NCBI GenBank assembly: GCA_000708835.1 | Contig: DF237451.1 | Location: 1 to 64,000, forward strand | Length of the DNA stretch: 64,000 bases | DNA from: Klebsormidium nitens | Lineage: Eukaryota > Plantae > Klebsormidiophyceae | Direction of reading: 5' to 3' | Shown here: positions 13,801-23,952 of the stretch, piece by piece | Numbering within the stretch: position 1 is the first letter of the stretch | How the letters are laid out: every line of letters begins with the position of its first letter | The notes under the pieces: generated by a model | Told to the model about the DNA's origin: nothing | Seen by the model: the letters and a program-made list of their open reading frames with translations, nothing else | Database searches by the model: none | Made by a program: the position numbers and the translations under genes

Positions 13801-15035
13801 CCATCATATCTGCACCGTGGGTCCCTTGTATACTTTTGAGGTGACTCTTGACAACAATTTATAATCTGCCTCCAGAACTGGAACCTTCCCCAAGCGGAAA
13901 AGGAGGATCTTCAAATGTCATAAGGCCAACAAAAAGAAATAATATATTACTGTTCAAAAAAGTGGAGCGGACGTGACTGGATTGTCACCGGTAAGGCATT
14001 AAAAGAAGAAAAGGTGTTCTCCAAAACTTCCTGCCAGTCACACTTCTGTAGGACAAGGAGTGAAATTGAAAAGCCAAAAAATAGAGGCTGAGCTCGACAC
14101 CGAGAAAGCAATCTTGAGCGAATCAAAAAACAGATTAGAGCGAGAAGATTATCAGCGGGATCAGTATTAATGACATATAGAAACTTCCTGAGGTAGGCAT
14201 GAAGACACGAGGCTTCCAGGAAGGTGACCCAAAGTCAATTAATGAAGTAAAACGGTTGCTCTCAACCGTCTCTGCAGTACATGCTATGGTAAAGCTTATG
14301 TTTTCTCTGAGACGCCGTGGTTTGCAATTGCCTACTGCGTGGTTGATTGAATTGAGGAGCCCAGTAAGAACCCCGCAACAGACGGACTTGCTCTGAAGTC
14401 GTGGTATTCTTACACAGAACAGGATATTCAGAGTTCCATTCCGAATTTTTCATTTTCAAATTGAATGCAAAAGAATGGACGGATGAGGGCGCCCTTCAGT
14501 GCCTCTCCAAAGTCATTGGGTGTCACCATGGTCGTTAAGGAGCTACCCAGCTTTGAACACCACCACTCAACAAGCAAAAGTTCTTGAAAAACTCTTGGCC
14601 ATCAGCAAGCGTACAAGCTGATGATAAACACTATGCAACAGCAAGAATGAGCCAAAAGTTTCTCAAGAGATCTTTCAAAATTCAGCTCAATCGACAACAC
14701 GTTCGCCCTGCCACCACCTACAACACAGCGGCACTGCGTCGATTGCTTCCTGAGATCGGAAGGTGCAGATGCAAGATAAGAAAGTGCACTGTTCTCAATG
14801 CTACAGCAATCTTTAGTAACCGCTTGCTGGACAGTCACTGGATCTGAGTGGGTTGACAGAGGAGCAGACATCATAAAGTTGCTGTCAAAAGACCAGGTAA
14901 GACGAGGATTGTGGAAAAACACTCATCTGCAAAAACAGAGTTTGTAGATTGAAAGGAGAGCCTCAGCCAACTTCACTCGGCGTACCTGATACGTTCAATG
15001 TGCTGCAGGGCCGTCTTGCTCGCATCAGCATCCAT
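1333..15035 (-). CDS. Sacsin/NOV-like GHKL ATPase - 2x CCHC zinc knuckle - RNase III fusion protein (~1755 aa, 27 exons)
   Basis: Hand-spliced exons, in transcript order: 14986-15035, 13358-13465, 12893-13092, 12412-12465, 12146-12209, 11121-11375, 10541-10775, 10151-10294, 9518-9791, 9141-9285, 8702-8897, 8347-8484, 7807-7969, 7535-7631, 7065-7282, 6632-6810, 6283-6390, 5946-6088, 5458-5667, 4985-5122, 4557-4773, 3758-4399, 3340-3502, 3072-3174, 2588-2809, 2067-2376, 1333-1824. All introns are GT-AG with compatible phases; total 5268 nt = 1756 codons including the stop. N-terminus HIERIRRDKFGLGG..NPLAGDMHQAV..LYQKETHFILELIQNAEDNSY..FNNEVGF..NVDALCSVG..GYIGEKGIGFKSVF is the sacsin-like HATPase pattern. 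Individual splice sites (e.g. 9518) are less certain than the overall model. Confidence 0.85.
2588..2809 (-). other. Two tandem CCHC zinc knuckles (exon 25 of the fusion gene)
   Basis: [35 protein letters not shown]; both match CX2CX4HX4C. Confidence 0.92.
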
Positions 15036-15400
15036 GTCGCCAGGAAGGACTCGTCCTTCTGGCGGTCTGAAGCAGGGACGCTCACCGCGAGGAATTGCTG
15101 CAACCAAGACAGCGTCCTGTTGGGAAGGCAGCGCAAGGAGCAGCGCAAAGAGCGCAATGCCGCATGGTGAGCTGGTGCAATCGACTTTGTGAAAACTTGA
15201 AGGAACTGGAACTTGGAAGGGCAGGTTGCCATGCAGCAAGTGGTCTCTTCAGTGTAGAATACAGTGCGGCTCAAACTAGTTGACCTCACATTGTAAAACG
15301 TGCGGTTCGCGGCCTGGGCGATTTCCGCGAATCAGAACCCTTACCGAAGCCCCTCCTCAGGCTTGCTCGACGCACCGTCTATTTTCCCAATCGGACGGAC

Positions 15401-17749
15401 ATGGTAAGGCGCTGAAATGCTGCTGACCTCACTACCCGCCAAAAAGCGCGAAAGTTACATGATGATCACCATGCTGCCGCACCGGTACATTTTATCAGGA
15501 AAGATACACGTCTGCAGCATATCGCAGCTTTGGCCTTGGAGCTCACTCTGGCGCTTTCGGCAATTAGTGTTGGACACTGTGGAAACGGGAAAGAATATTG
15601 TGAGGGCTGTCAACGACGACACTAACAGCTTTGGACGACATACATCGCCCTGGTATGAAAGTTTGCCGCCTGGACAATGCAGGGGGCTGGGCCTTCTGCT
15701 GTTTCGGATGATGAGCTGCTTTCTGCTCCCGTGTTGCCAGAGGTGCCCCTGAGGCGGCTCGTTGACGACTTCCTGGAGGCCACTGGCAAAAGCAACAAAA
15801 AGGCGGCTGCGGATGTGTTCTACTTGTTTGAGGCCTGCTGCAATAACTATGGCTGGGATAACAATGATAAGTGGACATACGAGGCCGCACATGCAGTGGG
15901 GAAAGATTTTATAGATGTGTCTGGTGCAGATGTCATAGGCAGCTGCGCTCGAGAATTCTTTGGTTACTTCGTGCCCAGAAAGGTGAGTCTCGATAGAAGT
16001 TGGCAATGCCAGGAGAATTGCAAGGAGCGTGCATACATTTCAAAATAACATCTTTCTCCAGGGGGTCCACACAGCCGTGCAAATCTTATGAGGCATAGCA
16101 TTGCGCCAGAATGCTGGCAGAGCGAGATGAATTGATGATTTAGATGGTCGAAGATATGATGCATTCGGCTCTGTGATGAGAGAATGATCACTGTGTTTTG
16201 GATAGACCCGTCTGGGGCCTGCTAATATCAGGCAGGAACTGAGCTGCCCCTGTCCTTTCCAGGTCAATGCAGACCCCCGCTCCCTGAAGAAGATGGCCAC
16301 GCAGATGGGCAGGTGAGCTGCCCAAGGAAAAGGACCAGCTGCGACGGTCTTCCGGTTGCTTGATGACGTGAGACCGCAGCAGTGCTAAAATTGCCCCCAT
16401 TTGTTATTCCAAGGTTCTTTTGTCTTCGTGGGGCTAAGCGCTTTGCTGATGCGGTCCTGGGCCTATTGTGTGTCTCACCACTTCTGAAGGAGCTGTCTCT
16501 GGTCAGTGACCTTTTTGCCGGGATTGATTTGTTGGTAACTTGTGAAAGAAACTCAATCTGGTCAAACTTGAAGAGTGTTGGTTGCCTTTCCGTGCTTGGT
16601 CCTTCTGGCGTTAGGTTCAAAGGTTGTGTTTTTCACCACAGAGCCTCAGCTAGGTGCTCTAGATTGAGGCTGTCTCTCTGATGTCTAGGTGGTTTAAGTG
16701 GCTCCACAAGGGGGGGCATATTGACGAAACAAAGTCCAGAGAACTGCAAGGTGAGACATTGTGCATTTGGCTTGTGTGTACTGTGCACACACAAAGGAAG
16801 TCAGATAAACTGGTCATACAATCCAACGAGAGTTCTTTTGCTGAAAAGCATCTTTAGTTCATTGAGCACCCTTTCTTAGGCCAGCTGTTGACAAGTGCAC
16901 CTAAGAAGTTGGTGCAAGCAGCTGCAAATCCCTGACAATCTCTCCCCGGCACCTTCTCTTTGTTATCTGCAGGAGTAATATCTTTGCTTTTTAATATTAA
17001 AACAAAAACAAGATGAAGTGAGGGCAGATGGGGCTGTTCGCAGATTGCATGACAATTCTTGCTCCCTGCTACCTTGAAATGCAGGTCTCTCTCTAGGCTC
17101 CTTGTTGTTCATGACCTACCAGTCAGAGCAACTAGGTGCGGGTACATAGATCCAGAACTGCACTGGTTGGCTGCAGGTCTTGCTAAGCAGAAGGAGACCG
17201 ACTTGCCGAGGGGAGAGCAGGCCAGCCAGCTCTTGTTCCAACAGAGCCGGATGGCAAACCTCCAGGAGCCCATCATGGACTCCGCTGATGGTTACTTTGA
17301 AGTAAGTGTAAAGCCAACTGGACGATGCCCGTTACACTTCACATTTTGAAATTCGGCCGCGCTTATAGACTTCTGGCCTCTCCGTTTGGAGTGTTTTAAC
17401 AAACGGAACGAAAGCGTACGAGATTGGACTCCTAGAATGCCAAGCTGCTCAATTGCGCACAATTTCATCCTGTTCAGATTGGTCATCGAGCTTGCCCAAA
17501 AGTGAAGACCTCTTGTATTCGCAGGTTGAGCGAGTTTCCACATCCAGCGTCACCCTCAGCGCGTTTCCGGCGGGCAGCAGTGGAGGCTTGAGCGATCCTG
17601 ATGCCTTGGAGCTGACCCTGCCGCTGGGCATCACGCAGCTGCTGCGGAAAGGGGACACGGTGTGCCTCTCGCTGGTCAGGGATGCCACGGGGGACTGGAA
17701 GGTGCACCAGTCCGGGAACGTGTATCCAGATGGGAACGCCTCCGACTGA
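15401..17749 (+). CDS. Uncharacterised ~254-aa protein resembling a bacterial hypothetical family (6 exons)
   Basis: Exons 15401-15403 (ATG only), 15683-15982, 16263-16312, 16689-16750, 17177-17301, 17525-17749. All GT-AG and phase-consistent. Product: MGAGPS..PLRRLVDDFLEAT..REFFGYFVPRKVNADPRSLKKMATQMGRWFKWLHKGGHID..DLPRGEQASQLL..DGYFEVERVS..WKVHQSGNVYPDGNASD*. The family resemblance is from memory, not a search. Confidence 0.8.
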
Positions 17750-18617
17750 ACCTCTTGTCCGGGGGTCAATGGCAGCCGGCTTTGGACCCACCTTCCAAGA
17801 CTGTTTTGGACTCCATCGAAGAGATTTTGGTTGTCTTTTAAGTGACGAGATCTGCCCAGCCTTTTTCCGGTGTCGAAGTCAAGCACTGGTTTGCACGTTT
17901 TGTCGCTCGGTTTCCTGTTGCAATGGAAGTCGTGCCTAGGTGGTCGTGATCGGGACGTATAATAACTTAACGTTGAACGTGTTTCGCAAATTGTTCTTGT
18001 ACAGCTTGCCGTTTGAAGGTCGATAGACTGCTGTGAGTCTTGAGCACCAGGCAGGGCCCTATATCTGCCGCCGCTCGGAAATCTGGTTGGTTTCTACGTC
18101 CTTGTAGAGCAATCTTTTGATGACTCGTACTCCAAATCCACAGATTATGTACCCATAACTAAAAGGTGCTCCGCAAAAGCTATGTGATCATCAGCCCATA
18201 CAACGTATCTTATGAGCGAACAAAGAAGTTTACTCTAGATCAATAGACTCCCATGGCGTGTACCGACATCCGACCAACTCTGGTTCCGCAGCTCCCATGC
18301 CTGAGCTAGGCGTGGCTCCACAGTGACATTCTAAAGCGATCGGACATGCAAGTCATTCACCTAGCCGTTTCTATGGTAGACGAGATAGCCTATACCTAGG
18401 TAGCTATAGCTGACTGCATGTTGGTAACATAGCTGTTGGACGGCTCCGGTACGTGAATTGTCCTAGTGGTTGAGTATAGACGATCGATAAAAGAAGTAAG
18501 GCTGACATAAAACACCTAATTCGACACTTGTACGGAAAGCCTATGGCCCTACTGGCTTACGGCGTATTTGAAAATAGACCATCGTCCTGTACATTAACTG
18601 CATGATGAATGATAATA

Positions 18618-19052
18618 AGGGTACCGTCACTTTGAAGTGGCCGCCACCCGGTTACGTATTTCAATTAGAGGCACTTTGGCCGGAGGGTCCCAAGCCCCCC
18701 CCCCCTCCCGCGGCCTTGGCTTCAAAAGGTCAAGGCCCCAGTCCAGAAAGGCACAACCCGGGCAAATTTTATGGACAAATGTACTGTCGTATGGATGGAT
18801 TTGCCCCTTCTTTACCTTGAAAAGTGTTTTTATGTCTCACTCATGGTCTAGAATTTCAGACCCATGGACTAAAAGAAGACAAATTAGCATGAAAAAGCAA
18901 TGATATGTACTTCAGCTGAAATCCGGCCGCCTGGGGCTTCGCCCCATGCAAGTCAATTAGTCCCCACCTTCGCCGGGTTGGCTGAAGCAACCCAAGCCCC
19001 CCCCCCCCAACAGAATTCCTAAGGGGGTGCCACTTCAAAGTGACGGTACCCT
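18618..19052. mobile_element. MITE-like element, 435 bp, with perfect 24-bp terminal inverted repeats
   Basis: AGGGTACCGTCACTTTGAAGTGGC at 18618-18641 and its exact reverse complement at 19029-19052. No coding capacity; no target-site duplication seen. Confidence 0.7.
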
Positions 19053-19475
19053 GGCAGCATGATCGGGTCGGAATGTCGTGCACTGAGGCATCTCCGACTG
19101 GCTGCGACATCGAATTACGAGCTAATATATTCGTAAATCCGATTGACAGCTATCTTTTTGGTCATCTTGCATGGTGACTAAATTCTTGAACTCTCTTACA
19201 ACCCCACTTTGCAGTGTGTGGTCTTGAAGAGCGGTGATCGGCAAATTGGCCTGATGGTGACTCATGCCATCCTTGACCACATGGGCTGGACGTGCATGCT
19301 CGTGCAGCAACACGTTACAACCAACAGGGTTGACGAGTTCAATTCGGATAATAATGAAACTGCTGCGACACATGCCATGATGCCCTATCATGATAGGGTA
19401 CTCACAAGCTCCACTTCAAACCAGGACTTTCAATTCTCATATGTACACACTTCCGACTCACTAGACTGCGGAAAG

Positions 19476-22400
19476 TCATACTTTCTTCACAATTTGTACG
19501 ACATCTTCGTCCTCTAAAACATGTTCCTGCAAGAGTTTCGATCAACGCTCTCTTTTAGAAAGCGTCCCCGCACGCACTCTTGACTCGATTCGCCCCAAGG
19601 AAAGATTCCGGCAAATGCAGTCGTATTTCCTATGCGAAGCCACAAAACAGAGCTGTACGTAAGGAGACCGGGCCAAAGCAAGCAGAGTCGATGAAGAAAG
19701 TGCAAGTACGTTCGGGAGTAGCATCGGTAGCTCACCTTTCCCACTTTTTGCGGTTTATGTTTCGCGCTGGATCCCCACACCAACGCGCTGCACCAACAAG
19801 AGAGCAGTCGATAAAGGGTACGGAGAGACCCACAAGTCGTGGACCAACATTCGTGCAAAGTGGCGTGCGAAAACCGGATGACGGAATGTAAAATTTTGCT
19901 GACCCACTCGCAGAAAACGGGCGAAGACGTTAAGAAGCGCTGGACCGCTTCAATGGATCACCAGCTAGTACTCCTGCAGCACTGAAACTGACTAGTGCAC
20001 AATCCGAGCCGCCAACGCAACGGGCAGAACTCCAAGCTGGCCAAAACCCCCGGTGTGAGCTTACTTTTTGAACTGTTTGAGAATGTCTTTGTGTATCCGG
20101 TTGCAGAAGTCCTCAACGGTGGTGTGCTCCGCGCTGAGGATGACGGGGTCGTCGTAGTCCGGGTTCACGCCCTTGGGCTTGGTGTACCTGCACGCAGAAC
20201 GCCGCGTGTCGGTCGCGCGGACTAGTGGGGCGGCATGAAGACACGGCCCTCTCAATCCGGTGACACTGTGAACCTTACGCTGTGGAGGCGGGACACTGAG
20301 AGCTGGCGACTCGTATCGTCATACAGTACCACGTGTGTTATACTGGGCACCTAGCCTTGGTGCTCCATGCAATAATAGTATTCGCCCGAGCAGCGGCGAG
20401 AAGCTCGCAGACTGCATAGCCCTCTGGAGTCGAGACCACTGTTACGCCCATGAGCGAGCAACTCGAAGCGCAGCCTCTACAGTGGCAAACAAGCCAATTG
20501 ATGTGCGTTGCGCTCCACAAGGATAGCAAAGGACGAAAAGGGATCGTCGTATTGCTCAGCTACTCGGAGCCTCAACAACGCGCTTGCAACTGCGCAGCGG
20601 CGTCTGCTTGGGAGGGTGGGCGTGGGACTTACACTCGGATGAGGTTGAGGTACTCCCAGATTTTGTCGAGGAGGCCGTCCAGGTTCCACTCGAGGTGCGC
20701 GGAGACGGGGCAGTAGTGCGGCATGCGGTCCATCACCTGCAGCTCCTCCAGCGTGATCTGGTCCACCTTGTTCACCACGTACACGCACGGGATGTACTTC
20801 CTGCACACGCATCACCGCACCCGTCCGCCCTCTCAGCACAGCCCGTGTATTGATGATGGGCAGAGAGTACTATGCGAGGCAAGGTCGCCTCGCCAGGGTG
20901 AATGCGTCTTTGACAATAAAAGGAGAGCCTCTAATCTCGGCTTTTAGCAGCTACGTATCAGTCGTTGGCAGGGTACGACACACGTGCCAGTCCTCTCATT
21001 CTGCGGCCCTGAGACGGACTTCTGCAAGCCATTCCTTCACCTGTTCCCTTCGACAACGTCGATAAGGTCGTCCGCAGTGGCATCGTAGCGCAGCGTGATG
21101 TCGGCGTTGTGAATCTTGTACTCCCCCAGGATGGCCTTCACGGTTTCTGCGTCCAGCTGCGTGTTCTGCACCGTGGTCGTGAAGTTGATGCCGCCCTTGT
21201 CCTTGCGCCGGAACGTGATGTTGGGCGGCTGCTTGTTCAGCCGGATGCCAAACCCCTCCAGCTCCTTCTCAATCAGCCGCTTGTGGCTGATGGGCTTGAT
21301 CGCGTCCAGCACAATGAGGATGCAGTTGCACGTGCGCGCCGTGCTGATCACCTGCCGCCCACGACCCTTGCCGTCCTTGGCGCCCTCAATGATACCAGGC
21401 AGGTCCAGCAACTGCACGGGTCACGCAACGCCAAGTTGTCAAACGTTCTCCCCTAGTCAAACATTGAAAAACGAGTGAAGGATATCACACAAAAAAACCT
21501 TCAGAAGGTGGCCGCCAGGGCGTCAAACGAGGACAAAGGTGCTGAAATCAATTTTTACGATTGATTTCAGCACCTTTGTCCTCGTTCGGCTCACTCCGCG
21601 GCACGCCGGAGTGAGACGAACGGAGCGCGAGCACTTGGCGAATCGACCAGTTCACAGTGGCCCAGGTACATGCAAACGCGCGGCTTCATGTATGAGAAGT
21701 GCGCACACGCACCTGGATCTTGGCCCCTCGGTAGCGAATGACCCCCGGGACACAGGTGAGCGTGGTGAACTCGTACGACGCCACCTCTGAGAAGGTCCCG
21801 GTCAGCTTATTCAGCAGCGTGGACTTGCCCACGGAGGGGAAGCCCACCAAGCCCACGCGCGAGTCTCCGGCCTTGGTGACATCAAACCCGGAGCCAGCCC
21901 CACCGCCGGCGCCCCGCTCCGAAGGGGCCAGAATCTCCCTCCGCAGCTTAGCAAGCTTGGCCTACGCAGACGGAAGACAGAGGTTTCGAATAATTGGCGT
22001 GGTACCAAGTGGCACACAATCTGGCAACTAAGTGACATCACCCAGGCAATCGGAGAAAGACAAACGAAAGGAAAGCGACAGGACAACATTCGAAATGAAG
22101 TTTGTGTCGAACAGCGTTGGCACGAGAAGACAGTACCGCTACAAGGCTAATTACTCGGGAGGTCCGCGATCAATGTGATACCAGAAGGAAGATCATGAGC
22201 AGTATAAGCATAACGCATTTGAGACGCCTGTCAAGTCCGCTGCTGATGATGCCAGAATGATTCCCTTCCTGTGCAAACAATAGACTGGAGCGAGCAGTGG
22301 TGTTGGTGGTGCGGCCTCACCTTGAGCAGGCCCAGGTGCTGGCTGGTCGCCTTGTTCTTCTGTGTGCGGGCCATCTGAGAGGGAGACCATCGCGCAAACC

Positions 22401-22621
22401 CTTGAGCGTTGATTGTGTCAGGCATCCCAACATACACTCAGATAAAGTATTGACCCAAGACTTTCTCTTCAGGATGTTCAGAACGTTTCATGCATACGGG
22501 AGAGCAATCCGTAACAGCAGGGAAGGCAGGGAGTGCTTTTGCAAAAACCATTTGCACACGGGTCGCAACGTAAGCCTACCTCGTCCTCGATGTCCTTGAT
22601 TTTCTGCATGACGGTCGCCAT
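19476..22621 (-). CDS. DRG1: Developmentally regulated GTP-binding protein, DRG1/Rbg1 subfamily (OBG-family GTPase with TGS domain)
   Basis: Eight exons: [14 protein letters not shown] / [18 protein letters not shown] / ..[26 protein letters not shown].. / [22 protein letters not shown].. / ..VVNKVD.. / [17 protein letters not shown] / [17 protein letters not shown] / [17 protein letters not shown]1, G3 and G4 motifs intact. Confidence 0.95.
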
Positions 22622-23952
22622 GGCTGCTGGTGGAGGTCAATGCCCGCCCTGAGAAGCACTCTCAAAAGAAGGATGAAAGGACAGCTTTCGCCTTCGAGCC
22701 CACAGGCAAAAGCGCCACTCTCAGATGCAGAATGGAATCTCCAGCAGAAACTAAAAATTGAATATTTGATCATGCTTGCAATTTTCTTGTCTCTTTGCCC
22801 GCACGAGCCCAGCCGCACGAGATGCCGTTAACGGTTCCTCCGGCCTCGCATTCTAGTTCTTTTTGAATGGTAAAGGTTGAATTAAGCAGTTGTGGCGTTC
22901 GAGAAGCCACGTCGCTAGGATTGTACTTTTGAGCAGTCCACGGTCAGCACAGTCACAGCGGAACTTCGGAAGCAGCAAAAAGTATCTTCTGAGCAGGGGG
23001 GGAAGGTTTGCAGAACAGGGTGTTTGAAAGGCATGCCAATGGCGTCCCTTGCTTCTTGTAGCACGACAGCATGACAGGTTTTGGTTCGTGTATCACGCCT
23101 TGGAGTGGACTGCTGGTGAGTTCTGATCTCGAAACAGGAAGAAAGTCTTGGTTTGGCTAAGGCCCAGAGAATCAGCGAGCTTCTCTTTCAAGGCAGGGGC
23201 AAGTTCCATCAGGGTGCGTAGCGTGTTTAGGTAAGTCTCTTACGTTGGGAACTTGAGGCAGTGGCAACGAAATCCTGGTACTCGTGTGGGTTTTCGCAGA
23301 AGTCCATGGAGGGTGTGGCACTTGCCATCCTGCAATCCGGTGGAAGTTGCGTTGCTTGACCACGCGTTTGGGATGTTAGGGCTCAGTTTGTCTGGGAAGA
23401 GTCCGGAGGTTGAAGCTGCGGCCAAGGTTACCTTGTCGTTGAAACATGCAGTTTAGTAACGAGGAGCCTACCCGGGCGCCATACATCAGGCGGTTGGACG
23501 CTGGTTCCAGTCTGTGATTCTGATGAGAGCAACATTCGCTTTTAGCTAGACTCTTGGGGTTCCGCGAGGGGGCCATTCTTTGGCTCTGGCGGCAAGCACT
23601 ATCATTGTCAGCTGCTGGCTGTCAGGACACTTTTTGGGCCCCCTTGCCCAGTGCGTCGGTCTTTTTGTAGCTCGCTGTCGTGAAGCTGGCGTGCATGCCT
23701 TGGGCCCGGCTGGGTACGTCTTCCATAGCATCCTCTTCAGAGCTGTTCTGGCAAAGCAATCGACAGCCTTGCAGCTGCGGCGGAAATTACTCCCCGCTAC
23801 TTCTCTTTGCATCTCTAGTTTGTCAGCAAGGATTGAGGTTTGGATTGAGGTCTTCCAAGAAGCGGAAACTTTGATTTTGATGTGGCTCTTTTGTTCTGTT
23901 CAGGTAATGTTACTATAGCATGAGCCGAGGCTAGGTGTATTGTACTGCCCAT

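Noticed and set aside
15455-16006. 183-aa minus-strand ORF
   Set aside because: Antisense to the well-supported plus-strand exon 15683-15982 and spans its first intron; no recognisable protein features.
18258-19085. Possible older outer inverted repeat (GACATCCGACC / GGTCGGAATGTC) around the 18618 MITE
   Set aside because: Only ~11 bp with an indel, in palindrome-rich DNA where chance matches are likely.
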